A stretch of DNA of 35,544 bases from a virus: IMG/VR virus record IMGVR_UViG_3300049215_000193, positions 1 to 35,544 of that record; one strand, 5' to 3'. A model generated the notes under the pieces. It was given only the letters and a program-made list of their open reading frames with translations. It had not been told where the DNA came from and ran no database searches. Shown one piece after another: positions 22,341 through 31,171 of this stretch. A program made the translations under genes and the position numbers. Positions within the stretch are counted from its first letter, which is position 1. The number at the start of each line of letters is the position of its first letter.

Positions 22341-22631
22341 CTATTCTCTGGTAGCCTTATGCTTATCAATAAACTGTTGCCATTCTTGCTCTTTAAAACA
22401 GCAAACATCACATTGCCGCATCGGAGATGGGAAGTTTATCCAACCAATGATCTCTGATACTTTAATGCGTGTTCCGTCTTCATAGGTAATGTATTCCTTG
22501 GGGTCTTGGCCTTCTGAAAAGAATATATGCAGATCAGAAGTGAAAAATGGCTTCACTTTCTTACCATCAGTTACGAGGACATACGTGTCGCGCAAGGGAT
22601 GCTTCTCTTTAATAGATATCCATGTTGACAT
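22341..22631 (-). CDS. DUF551-like protein
   Basis: 96 aa. The N-terminal WISIKEKHPL...YVLV and the later GWINFPSP fit the DUF551 pattern as I recall it (WISVKDRLP...VLV...WMPLPEPP). Confidence 0.55.
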   Translation of the reverse strand: MSTWISIKEKHPLRDTYVLVTDGKKVKPFFTSDLHIFFSEGQDPKEYITYEDGTRIKVSEIIGWINFPSPMRQCDVCCFKEQEWQQFIDKHKATRE

Positions 22632-22650
22632 AATTGTCTCCTGAAAGTTG

Positions 22651-22671
22651 AACCCCGGGGCTACCGGGGTT
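22651..22671. terminator. Perfect 8-bp GC-rich hairpin (aaccccgg-ggcta-ccggggtt) after the scaffold-like gene
   Basis: Read directly. The T-rich tail is present on the plus strand only, so its role on the minus-strand transcript may be RNA stability or partial termination. Confidence 0.4.
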
Positions 22672-22676
22672 TGTTA

Positions 22677-23468
22677 TTATCTATATCGTTTGGCGTCAGA
22701 TACCATTTTCCTGAGCTGTGCCTTTCTATCCTCTGAAAGAGTTCGGCGGTCGTAATCACCAAGAGAACTCAAAGGGGAAGTAGATTGCTGTGATTGTGGT
22801 GCTGCACTTGCTGTTCTTGGCTTTGATCTATTTTCTTCTATGCGAGCCGTTTGTTCTGGCGCATGAACTTCCGATAGGCCATAGTTTTTTATGAGCGTGT
22901 AGGCCAATTTTGCGCGACTATAATCATCAGGAACGTGTCCGATAGCCTGATATTCGTCAGGATAAATAGCTGCCAGGTTCTTAACCGAGTCTTCAGTCAC
23001 GATGTTTTGGAAATCAGGCATAGCAGTTTGGATCTTACTCATGGCCTGCTGTTGTTGTTGATACTGCTGCTGACGCTTGAGCTCTTCGCGCAATGCTTTG
23101 ATTTCTCGAGTTACTGTTTGAGAGTATTTCTTAATGTGACGACCCTCTATTATATCATCGTCATTCACACTGAAGTCTTCTTCAACAACAGGAACAGACT
23201 GAGGAGTACTCTGATGCTGAGGTTGCTGTACTCTTTGAGCTTCTAACCTCTCGCGTTCTGCTAATGCGCGCTCAGCTTTTTCAGCACGCTCACGCAATAC
23301 TCGCATGTTATATTCACGGGTATCATTTTTCTTTTCAACTACTTTTGGCTCTTCTTGAGGCTCTCCAACCACTTGTTCTGCAACAACCTGAGGTTCTTCT
23401 TGAACTTGCTCTATGGGCTTTTGCGTATTAGGATCCAATTGCGTGTATACCAAAGGCTCTCTATCCAT
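22677..23468 (-). CDS. Scaffolding-like protein (acidic/Gln-rich coiled coil)
   Basis: 263 aa with a TAAGGAG junction. It contains E/Q/P-rich repeats and long heptad-like stretches and lies between portal and capsid. The function is inferred from composition and position. Confidence 0.5.
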   Translation of the reverse strand: MDREPLVYTQLDPNTQKPIEQVQEEPQVVAEQVVGEPQEEPKVVEKKNDTREYNMRVLRERAEKAERALAERERLEAQRVQQPQHQSTPQSVPVVEEDFSVNDDDIIEGRHIKKYSQTVTREIKALREELKRQQQYQQQQQAMSKIQTAMPDFQNIVTEDSVKNLAAIYPDEYQAIGHVPDDYSRAKLAYTLIKNYGLSEVHAPEQTARIEENRSKPRTASAAPQSQQSTSPLSSLGDYDRRTLSEDRKAQLRKMVSDAKRYR

Positions 23469-23479
23469 GACTCTCCTTA

Positions 23480-24013
23480 CTAGGCAATAATTTGTTTTTT
23501 GTTGCTATCTACCGATGCTGCCACTTCAGCATTGTTGTATATAATTCCGTCTTTCTTTTCTCCATTTTCCTTTTTTACAAAATTCAACAACGAACCGTCC
23601 TCCAACGCCAAGCAGAATTGGAGAAGCTGTCTGTTATCCACCGAAGCCTCTACTCGATTGGCGAGAATGTAATGATACAACTGTTCGTTGGGAATATTCC
23701 ACAAATACTGTAGCTGTCCGCTATTTGTGTGGTACTTAAATACAATTTGATTGTAAACGGGAGTTGGGCATGATCGCCGCGCAAAGAAATATGGAGTTAC
23801 CGAATTATGAAGTAAGCGATCCACCTTGAAAAGCACCACAACATAGAAATCTTTGTTCTTATAAAGATCCTGATCTTTGGCATTGATCGCACATTCATGG
23901 ATTTTCTCCTCAAAGTCACGAAACATAACCTTACGGTATTCCTGATGCGCATCATCAAGCGTGTTTGAAGAAGAAACTTCTTGTATTATCTGTCCAGCAG
24001 TTTTTTTGTTCAT
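23480..24013 (-). CDS. Hypothetical protein
   Basis: 177 aa; the first gene after the terminator at 24056..24093. Confidence 0.5.
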   Translation of the reverse strand: MNKKTAGQIIQEVSSSNTLDDAHQEYRKVMFRDFEEKIHECAINAKDQDLYKNKDFYVVVLFKVDRLLHNSVTPYFFARRSCPTPVYNQIVFKYHTNSGQLQYLWNIPNEQLYHYILANRVEASVDNRQLLQFCLALEDGSLLNFVKKENGEKKDGIIYNNAEVAASVDSNKKQIIA

Positions 24014-24055
24014 ATATCTTTCCCGTTTATATACGCAGATAAACTACTATATTAC

Positions 24056-24093
24056 TCACAAAAATCAAAAACCTCCCGTATTTCAGGGAGGTT
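24056..24093 (-). terminator. Rho-independent terminator (AACCUCCC-UGAAAUAC-GGGAGGUU-UUUGAUUUUUGUG on the minus strand)
   Basis: Perfect 8-bp stem plus a T-rich tail, read directly after the basic-protein cluster. Confidence 0.7.
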
Positions 24094-24131
24094 GAGAAGT
24101 AGTCAGAAATCCAAAGTGGCATGGAAATCAT

Positions 24132-24497
24132 TTATTTATTAGCACGTTTCATATGATCACGCAATGTACGCTCCATACGATCGCCCTTCTCACGGTCTTC
24201 ATGCCGTTTGCGTAACTCGGGATACATTGCATACACCTTACGCTTAATGCCTGCCGGGTCGGGGGCAAAATGCGCACGGGCTAATGCATTGCGGGCACGA
24301 GCCATGGTATTAATAGGGAATGAGAACTTAGAAGCCCCACCTGCAGCGCCTGCAAACTCAGACGGCTTTACCGTCTTATATTTACCTGCGTTTGATGAAC
24401 CTTTTTTGGTACGCATTACTTCTTCTTTACCACGAGTCACCTTAACTCCACGAGCAACGGTTACTTTTTTAGAAGAGGATGGTTTATTATGAGCCAT
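24132..24497 (-). CDS. Small basic protein with FPI...ARNALARA motif
   Basis: Start set at MAHNKPSS (TAAGGAG-N6-ATG). Lys/Arg-rich; contains FSFPINTMARARNALARAHF. Confidence 0.6.
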   Translation of the reverse strand: MAHNKPSSSKKVTVARGVKVTRGKEEVMRTKKGSSNAGKYKTVKPSEFAGAAGGASKFSFPINTMARARNALARAHFAPDPAGIKRKVYAMYPELRKRHEDREKGDRMERTLRDHMKRANK

Positions 24498-24507
24498 GGA
24501 TAACTCC

Positions 24508-24795
24508 TTAGCGAGACATATCACGCAAGTGGTGTTCCATATCCATCATGCCATCACGCTTTTTGCGTCGATCTGCACGTTTTTTGCCAACTTTACGAGC
24601 TTCGCTTAATGCTATAGCGACTGCTTGCTTACGAGAAGAAACACGAGGCCCTTTTTTAGAACCAGAGTGTAACTTATCTGCATCAAACTCACGCATCACT
24701 TTTGATATTTTCTTCTCTTTTGCTTCGTTAGATTTTTCAATCTTCTTAGCTTTTTTAAATAGAGCCTTATCTTTTTTAAATACACGTTTTTTCAT
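24508..24795 (-). CDS. Small very basic protein, DUF6496-like
   Basis: Start set at MKKRVFKK (AAGGA upstream). VMREFDADKLHSGSKKGPRVSSRKQAVAIALSEARK matches my recollection of the DUF6496 core (MHEFKxGxLKSG...SRKQAIAIALSEA). Confidence 0.6.
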   Translation of the reverse strand: MKKRVFKKDKALFKKAKKIEKSNEAKEKKISKVMREFDADKLHSGSKKGPRVSSRKQAVAIALSEARKVGKKRADRRKKRDGMMDMEHHLRDMSR

Positions 24796-24866
24796 GAAAG
24801 TATCCTTTTTTGATACTACCCCAAGGCTCCATGGGCAGAGCACAAGGGGTAGTGGTATGAACTAAA

Positions 24867-25013
24867 TCACTGTGACATGAATGAGTCTTTAAACCAAGCT
24901 AAAAGCAGGCGCCGATCTGGTGGTCGGTTGGACTGTTGACGCTTTTTGGGAGTCTTGAGTACCTTATACGCAATCTTTGCAGCTTTTTTACTTTGGCGTA
25001 TTTGTCCTGGCAT
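24867..25013 (-). CDS. 48-aa basic peptide (below the ORF-track cutoff)
   Basis: Translated by hand: MPGQIRQSKKAAKIAYKVLKTPKKRQQSNRPPDRRLLLAWFKDSFMSQ. GAAAGG lies 5 nt upstream. It fills most of an apparent 190-nt gap. Confidence 0.45.
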   Translation of the reverse strand: MPGQIRQSKKAAKIAYKVLKTPKKRQQSNRPPDRRLLLAWFKDSFMSQ

Positions 25014-25055
25014 ATGAGCCTTTCGGAATTAGTAGCTATCTAATCCTAATACGGC

Positions 25056-25319
25056 TTAATATTTCTTAGGACCGAATACGCGCTTAAGATCTTCACCGTC
25101 TTCACGAAGCTGATCATGAACACCCATGAAGAGATCCTGAATGCCGCCATTCATATAAAGCTGAGATTTCGGCCAGTACACATCTTTAACATCTCTTGGA
25201 AGTAAAGAAGGAGCTGAGAAATCCTCGCGGATCATATCTCCATCACGGTTCATCGTTTTTTTAGCATAAGTACGAGCACCTGAAGCGTTGCTGTCCTTGT
25301 AGAAACGTTTTTTAGCCAT
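25056..25319 (-). CDS. Hypothetical small protein with basic N-terminus
   Basis: 87 aa, immediately downstream of the portal gene. Confidence 0.55.
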   Translation of the reverse strand: MAKKRFYKDSNASGARTYAKKTMNRDGDMIREDFSAPSLLPRDVKDVYWPKSQLYMNGGIQDLFMGVHDQLREDGEDLKRVFGPKKY

Positions 25320-25346
25320 GGTTAGGCCTTTCGTAGTAAATGCTCA

Positions 25347-27425
25347 TTACTGAGCAAGGTTAGTTCCTCTAACTACGTCCTCAGAAACACCCTGAGGATA
25401 TGGAGGCTCATTACGCGTTTGATTGTTCTCTCTCTCTTGTGCAGCAATTACTTCCTTTAAGGCTAGTATCTTTTGCAATTGTGACAAGTCTATTTCTTCA
25501 ATTTCTTTTAATGCTTTCACATAGTTGAGTAATGCCTGCTCGTCATCTTTTCTTGCTTCAGCACGACGCTCTGTAGCCAATGCCTGATTCTCTTGAACAC
25601 GAGAAAGACGTTCAATTCCGAGCCCTTGATCAGCCATAGAGCGAGATTTAGCCAATTCAGCCTGCGCTGCTTGCAACTGCATCTGCGATTGCTGAACTGC
25701 TTGAGCTTGTTGCGCTTGAGCTTGCTGAGCCGCTTGCATCTTCTGGATGATTTCAGTCTTATTCTGGATAGTAGCTGACTCAATGAGTTGATCTTCTGGA
25801 ATCTGAATACCCATCTCACGCAACTGAACCAACTGAGCAAACTGCATCTGCTTTTGTGTGTCTGTGTTGAACCCAGCCTCAACTTGACAGTGGTATTTAC
25901 CAAACGCCTTATTATAGAATAACGGAGCTGGTTCTTTGCCTTCAAGCATATTCTTAATCTTACCTGGCGTGTAGTTGGCACGCACCACATCCATAACCAA
26001 TTCACCCAAGAGTTTTTGTGATTGATCCAAGTTGTCGAACAATGGTTGCAAGGTTGTTAGCCCGGCACCTTGACGAAGTGCAGATAAGATACCGGCCTTA
26101 TCATCTTGAGCAGATCCAAGGAGCTCTTCATTCACACCTGAAACTAAATTCATTTCTTTGCTGAATGTTTCTTGCAATTGGAAGAATGATGGTGGTATTT
26201 GAGGAGGAATAATTGGCTGTATGTCAGCGAGTTGCGCTTCATCCTTAATTGGAATCACACGACCTTGGCCAGTCTGGAACAAGTGCTTCACATCAACAGG
26301 AGCATTCTCCTTAAAGATCCATCCAGAGTTCACTTGTGACTCAAGAAGATCAGCAGAAAGAATTATGCGTCGATTGAGGAGCATTTGTGGATCACGCAAC
26401 GAACGGCATACACCCTGAATACGGCTGTAGAAATATGGCATCATTGGGTTGTAGTAACCGATGACGGGAACGAATGGGTAACGGTCAATTCCTAATGGGT
26501 TAGGCCCATCGTAGAACACACGGTCTTGGAGCAAGAGCGCTAGTCGAACGGTAGGAATAGTTTGCTTGATGACCTCAACGTTCGGGTTCAGCGACAAGAA
26601 ATAATCAAGATCAACATCAGCATTGTCCGGGAGCTCGAATGTTTCCCCGGTAAGTTTATCAACCAATAAACGTTGCTCTCTATAGTCACGGTAATAGTAC
26701 TCGTCATACGCCAAACGATTCGCTTGAGTCATACCATATGATTCCGGCATGTACTGGAAACGTCCATCTCTTCCTGTACCCGTAGGATTACCAGGCAACG
26801 CCATAATGGCATCATACTGCTCTTCAGGGAATAACGATGCTGCTGCTGAGTGTGACATAAAGCTACGACGCCAGACAAAGTTACAGTCAGAGAGATCTTT
26901 TTTTCGGAAGTATGGATCTACGACAAAGCTATTGTACGAGCAGTTGTCTACCTTAACTTCACCAGAAACGGGATCATTACGCCAATCTACGTACACATGC
27001 AGCAAGTTCATACCAGCGATAGTCGCACCTTGGTGGAACGCTTCAGATATCGTCTCATCCACACCTTCACGGTTGTAGATATGCATTAATATCTTGGTCC
27101 ATTGGTCAGCGGTATGCTGGTCTGCGTTTTCAAGTGGCACTACAATGGTAGACTTACGCGTTCGACGCTGGTGTCCTGATATCATTGAGCAGATAGGACG
27201 AACTCGGTTGAAGTACCATGTTTGTGTATTGCTCGAGTTGTTTGAAGTCCAGCTTCCTATTTCAGAACCCAAAGAAGTATCACCCGCTTCAAGACGGGTA
27301 TCTATGGTCGCTTCTTTCCAGTAGGTCTGCCACAGTGATTCATTGGCATTGTAATCTGAATCAATCTTACGTTTTATAGCCCCGAAACTATTAAAGTCCA
27401 GAGTCTCTGGCGGTCGTATGAGCAT
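25347..27425 (-). CDS. Portal protein with a long helical Gln/Ala-rich C-terminal extension
   Basis: 692 aa, directly downstream of the large terminase, with AAGGA SD. Its size and position are typical of a portal. The C-terminal ~130 aa are coiled-coil-like. Confidence 0.8.
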   Translation of the reverse strand: MLIRPPETLDFNSFGAIKRKIDSDYNANESLWQTYWKEATIDTRLEAGDTSLGSEIGSWTSNNSSNTQTWYFNRVRPICSMISGHQRRTRKSTIVVPLENADQHTADQWTKILMHIYNREGVDETISEAFHQGATIAGMNLLHVYVDWRNDPVSGEVKVDNCSYNSFVVDPYFRKKDLSDCNFVWRRSFMSHSAAASLFPEEQYDAIMALPGNPTGTGRDGRFQYMPESYGMTQANRLAYDEYYYRDYREQRLLVDKLTGETFELPDNADVDLDYFLSLNPNVEVIKQTIPTVRLALLLQDRVFYDGPNPLGIDRYPFVPVIGYYNPMMPYFYSRIQGVCRSLRDPQMLLNRRIILSADLLESQVNSGWIFKENAPVDVKHLFQTGQGRVIPIKDEAQLADIQPIIPPQIPPSFFQLQETFSKEMNLVSGVNEELLGSAQDDKAGILSALRQGAGLTTLQPLFDNLDQSQKLLGELVMDVVRANYTPGKIKNMLEGKEPAPLFYNKAFGKYHCQVEAGFNTDTQKQMQFAQLVQLREMGIQIPEDQLIESATIQNKTEIIQKMQAAQQAQAQQAQAVQQSQMQLQAAQAELAKSRSMADQGLGIERLSRVQENQALATERRAEARKDDEQALLNYVKALKEIEEIDLSQLQKILALKEVIAAQERENNQTRNEPPYPQGVSEDVVRGTNLAQ

Positions 27426-27452
27426 ACTCGATCCTTTTGTTAGAATTTTTTA

Positions 27453-28829
27453 CTATTTGGCTCCTCTATCATACAACGGATTATATCTGAATACAGGAGG
27501 TAAATCTCCTTTATCGCCATACATAGCCTGTGCTCTTTTGCGCTCAAAGTCTTCAGCGCTCATACCTCTCTTGGCTTTATGTATAGAAATACAGAGATAG
27601 CGAAGCGCATCGCATGCGTGAGAAGCCCAGTTATGAACCGGCTTATTCTTGTATGCGTTTGCTCGCTCGTCCCACTCTTTTCGATAGTTTTCCATTGCAT
27701 CGATAAGAGACTTGCAACGATCTTGGTCTATCCAGAATTTGTTGATATGTGTCCACACGTTCTCAATTCCTTCTATGATCCCAATTTGATCAACAAGAGT
27801 AAAATCTATGCCAAGCTGACGCGCCTTTTCAAATCGAGTAATAGCGCCGCCACCCCACTCACGAACTTTAATATCATGAGGAGCAAAATGCTTACCATAG
27901 CGATACGGCTTGTCTTGTATTTTCTTAGCATAATGATCGAGTCCAAGACCAGTATTTGAGTAGTAATCTATGATACGGATAGACACTCCCCCTTCACCAA
28001 CAAGCTGGAAGAAGATAATCGTTGTCGCATCGTTAACTCCGATATCCCATGCAGTATGCACTTGAAGACCCGGCTCCCATGGCACCGATGTTATCTGACC
28101 ACGAGCCCTCAGATTATCCAAGTGAGTTCCATAGTAAGAACCAGAAATACCACGTTCGAACGAACACTCATATTCTTGGAGATAGAGGCCTTCATCCATC
28201 TGCAACTTCTCTTGCGCAAGAACGTCATCCGGTATGTGCTGTATCTCAGAAGCTCTATGTACTATGACACGCCATTCAGGAAGCTCCTGAGCTAATTTGT
28301 AGAGATGCCACGCATGATTCTTTCCACGAGGGGTGGTTACCATCAGGCACCAGCCACCGTTCGCTGCGAGAATCGGACGTATAAACGCAAAGATATCCTG
28401 AGGCATAAGGGCATACTCAGACAAGATGATAGCGTATGGGTTAGTACCAACAAGGGAAGTATCATAGCTATCACCACCAATGCATTGCAGCACTGAGTTA
28501 TTATGGAATATGATCTTCATTTCCTGCTGATTGATAGACTTAACAACCGGCTTAGGTATGAAGTCTAAGAACTTGGTGCCATCGATAGCGATAGCATCCC
28601 AGATCGCTTTACGTGCTTGTGAGTAGGTAGGTAGCACATAAAATACAAGGCATGGCTTCTTCAAGCATTGGCGAATGGCAAGGTTCCACCCCAAGATGTC
28701 CTTGCCAGCACGACGACTCGCCACGTAAAACACACGTTTTGATAATCCCTGATCGATGATATCGAACACCTCTTGTTGATACCATCTTAGCTTGAATTTG
28801 CTCAGGGCAACATTTACTTCAACGTTCAC
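27453..28829 (-). CDS. Terminase large subunit
   Basis: 458 aa. Walker A-like VASRRAGKD, Walker B-like AIILSEY, and nuclease motifs AWDIGVNDAT, APHD and HACDALRY. Confidence 0.9.
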   Translation of the reverse strand: MNVEVNVALSKFKLRWYQQEVFDIIDQGLSKRVFYVASRRAGKDILGWNLAIRQCLKKPCLVFYVLPTYSQARKAIWDAIAIDGTKFLDFIPKPVVKSINQQEMKIIFHNNSVLQCIGGDSYDTSLVGTNPYAIILSEYALMPQDIFAFIRPILAANGGWCLMVTTPRGKNHAWHLYKLAQELPEWRVIVHRASEIQHIPDDVLAQEKLQMDEGLYLQEYECSFERGISGSYYGTHLDNLRARGQITSVPWEPGLQVHTAWDIGVNDATTIIFFQLVGEGGVSIRIIDYYSNTGLGLDHYAKKIQDKPYRYGKHFAPHDIKVREWGGGAITRFEKARQLGIDFTLVDQIGIIEGIENVWTHINKFWIDQDRCKSLIDAMENYRKEWDERANAYKNKPVHNWASHACDALRYLCISIHKAKRGMSAEDFERKRAQAMYGDKGDLPPVFRYNPLYDRGAK

Positions 28830-29383
28830 TCTTTACCTATACGAGAGGTGATCATATCCAACTCTTCTTTGGTAGTAACTTCTGGTCGATCCATAATGAG
28901 ATTGAACGTATGTGGCTGTTTGTCTTCATCTTTTTTAAGCATCGCATGATACTGGTTGATCTCTACGTAATCGGAATCCAATACATGCATATCTTTATAC
29001 GCCACATCTTTATCATAAGTTCTCTTTAAAGCACCCATTCTTCTCTTGGTTGCTATATTGAGCTTAGCGTCTTGATATGCTTGGTTAATCTCCGGATACT
29101 TCAAACACCAATCTCGAAAGGTTTGTCTTGGTATCTTATAGATCATAAAGAACTGTCCAAGGTCCAGAGCATCTTCAGACTCAGACCAGGTGAGTATAGT
29201 GTATGCCACTCGCTGTCTAAAGCTATCTCTACTGGGAAAAAGCTCATTAGATTCATAGCTATAAAACTCATGCCAACCTCGAGAAGTTGATAGCTCTTCA
29301 GGTCGATCTTGGACGACACGCTTTTTTGACTGGGATTTCGGTTTCTTTATAGTATTGGTTATTTTGCCACTTGTTTTTTTCAT
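28826..29383 (-). CDS. Terminase small subunit (HTH DNA-binding)
   Basis: 185 aa; ATGA overlap with the large subunit. Contains IPRQTFRDWCLKYPEINQAYQDAKLNIATKRRMGAL, typical of small terminase N-domains. Confidence 0.7.
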   Translation of the reverse strand: MKKTSGKITNTIKKPKSQSKKRVVQDRPEELSTSRGWHEFYSYESNELFPSRDSFRQRVAYTILTWSESEDALDLGQFFMIYKIPRQTFRDWCLKYPEINQAYQDAKLNIATKRRMGALKRTYDKDVAYKDMHVLDSDYVEINQYHAMLKKDEDKQPHTFNLIMDRPEVTTKEELDMITSRIGKE

Positions 29384-29769
29384 TCTACCTCTCTGATAGT
29401 AAATTCTGTGCGCGGATCATTGCTAAAGAGCTTACGCGCTATAAGAGATACTATAATTGCATCGTCATGGAAAATGCCAGCATCTTGCGCGGCGTCTAGG
29501 ACAAATTTTATAAGATTATCAAGATCAGGTCGAGATATCTTAGGTAGATTCTTCGCATTCTGGGCTTCGTTCTTACCCTTAAAGTAAAAAGTGATAGTCA
29601 TTTCCACTGCTGTCGCAAAGGCTGATCTATCACCGTGTTCTCTTTGAAGATTAAGACCCCAACAGACCTTATCCTCGGCTTGGGCATCAAAGAATCTTTT
29701 GCCATTGAGTCGAGGTCGAGTCCATGATATGGGACGCCCTTTTACTACATAGGTTATACATTTGCTCAT
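29380..29769 (-). CDS. rusA: RusA-family Holliday junction resolvase
   Basis: 129 aa. RPDLDNLIKFVLDAAQDAGIFHDDAIIV matches the RusA catalytic Asp motifs. Confidence 0.8.
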   Translation of the reverse strand: MSKCITYVVKGRPISWTRPRLNGKRFFDAQAEDKVCWGLNLQREHGDRSAFATAVEMTITFYFKGKNEAQNAKNLPKISRPDLDNLIKFVLDAAQDAGIFHDDAIIVSLIARKLFSNDPRTEFTIREVE

Positions 29770-31091
29770 GACGTTCTCCGTTGATTTGCTTTATACTCGC
29801 CAACTTCTTTCCATCGGGCTGAGAGCAAGTCTCTATTACAAGTGCAGTGCTCATGAACCGCCTTGAAAATACCACTAATTTCAACGTTGGACAAATCTAA
29901 CAGTATGGGGTTAGCCATGACATTCCCGCAGACCGAAAGTATCGTCTTGCCAGAATCTGTGTGCAATAACTCTTCCCGATCGAGAGCTTTGTCATAAGCA
30001 GAACGATTATCAACTTCCCGTTTGCTGGAAGTAACTCGCGGCGCCGGAGGCGTTGTGCGAGTTTGGTTCGAAAGTTGTCCCATTAGGGTAGGGCTAGGGG
30101 ATACTCTCGAACTTCCGACCATCTTAGAAATACTGCCAACCATGGTCATAACTCTTCCAGCTCCATCAAAGGAAGGTTCCAGCTTTGTAATCTCAGCCGT
30201 TACATTCCCTAAGCTTGAAAGATAGCTATTCAAGTTGGACAACTCAGATTCAGCCTTCGTGTTCTGGTAGGCAATAGCTGCCCGTTCCAGACCCTGCTTC
30301 AAGAACGAAAATTTACGCTTGAGCTCTACTACTGCTTCCACTTTCTTCTCCTTAGTCGGTTGTGCGATAGCAAATTGCTGTTTGAGCAACGCCCCGATGG
30401 CCGCAAATTCATTCCGAGCTGGTGAACTTTGGCTAGCTCGTGCGCGCGCATCGAAGTTATACTTCGTAGAATTAATATTTTTTATATAAACATTCTTAGT
30501 TACGTGTCGCCTCTTCTGGAAAAGAGAGTCAACAGCTTGTAAAGATAGGTGTCCCAAAAGCAAAATAAATGACAATTTAATGGGGGCTGAAAGAGCCATC
30601 GTCAACAAGAATGGGAATAGAGATTTGAGCTTGTTAAGAACTTCAGGCATTCTAAATTCATCACGTAACCGATAGGAAGATGACCGCTGAAGCATTCTAC
30701 CATTGTTCGCCTTATAGAACCTATGCTTCTGATCAAAAAGAACACCTTCGACTGATTTGAGCACTTCATTCACAAACTGACGAGATACACCCACTTCTTT
30801 TGCAATATGACCCTGGCTCTGAAAGAATAATGGCATCTTGAGATTGGCCTTGAGAACATGCCCGATCACCTTTGTACGAGCGGGAGTCCAACATGCCTTT
30901 TGTAATCTAAATATTAATTCTTGAATTGATTCTTGACGAATGGCATTTATTAGCATATGATAAAGAAGCTTTCGATAAGAAGTTTTGACCGCAAGGAAGT
31001 GGCTTTCTCGATCGCTATATTTACCAAAAACAGGTGGGTATAAAATTTGTTTATCATTATTGGTTTTTCTGATACAAATTACCGCAAGCAC
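29766..31091 (-). CDS. HTH-containing protein, possible replication initiator or early regulator; start uncertain
   Basis: 441-aa ORF opening at GTG with no clear SD; the first in-frame ATG is at 30956. HTH-like GHIAKEVGVSRQFVNEVLKS; Ser/Thr/Pro-rich C-terminal third. Confidence 0.45.
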   Translation of the reverse strand: MLAVICIRKTNNDKQILYPPVFGKYSDRESHFLAVKTSYRKLLYHMLINAIRQESIQELIFRLQKACWTPARTKVIGHVLKANLKMPLFFQSQGHIAKEVGVSRQFVNEVLKSVEGVLFDQKHRFYKANNGRMLQRSSSYRLRDEFRMPEVLNKLKSLFPFLLTMALSAPIKLSFILLLGHLSLQAVDSLFQKRRHVTKNVYIKNINSTKYNFDARARASQSSPARNEFAAIGALLKQQFAIAQPTKEKKVEAVVELKRKFSFLKQGLERAAIAYQNTKAESELSNLNSYLSSLGNVTAEITKLEPSFDGAGRVMTMVGSISKMVGSSRVSPSPTLMGQLSNQTRTTPPAPRVTSSKREVDNRSAYDKALDREELLHTDSGKTILSVCGNVMANPILLDLSNVEISGIFKAVHEHCTCNRDLLSARWKEVGEYKANQRRTS

Positions 31092-31136
31092 TTATTGACG
31101 GGAATCAATATTAAGTGGCTTGCAACAAAAAATTAT

Positions 31137-31171
31137 GGCTTAGGTACTCACCTAAGCCGTTTTGTTTTCTT
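31137..31171. terminator. Bidirectional rho-independent terminator (ggcttaggt-actc-acctaagcc, T-rich on both sides)
   Basis: Perfect 9-bp stem. The plus-strand tail is gttttgttttctt and the minus-strand tail is ataattttttgttg. Confidence 0.65.

Noticed and set aside
25517-26005. 162-aa same-strand alternative-frame ORF inside the portal gene
   Set aside because: It arises from the repetitive CAG/GCA-rich sequence encoding the portal C-terminus. The product is an R/K/L/S-rich frame-shifted artefact with no SD.
29687-29884. 65-aa minus-strand ORF spanning the junction of RusA and the 441-aa gene
   Set aside because: It is an alternative frame across two genes joined by an ATGA overlap, with no independent signal.
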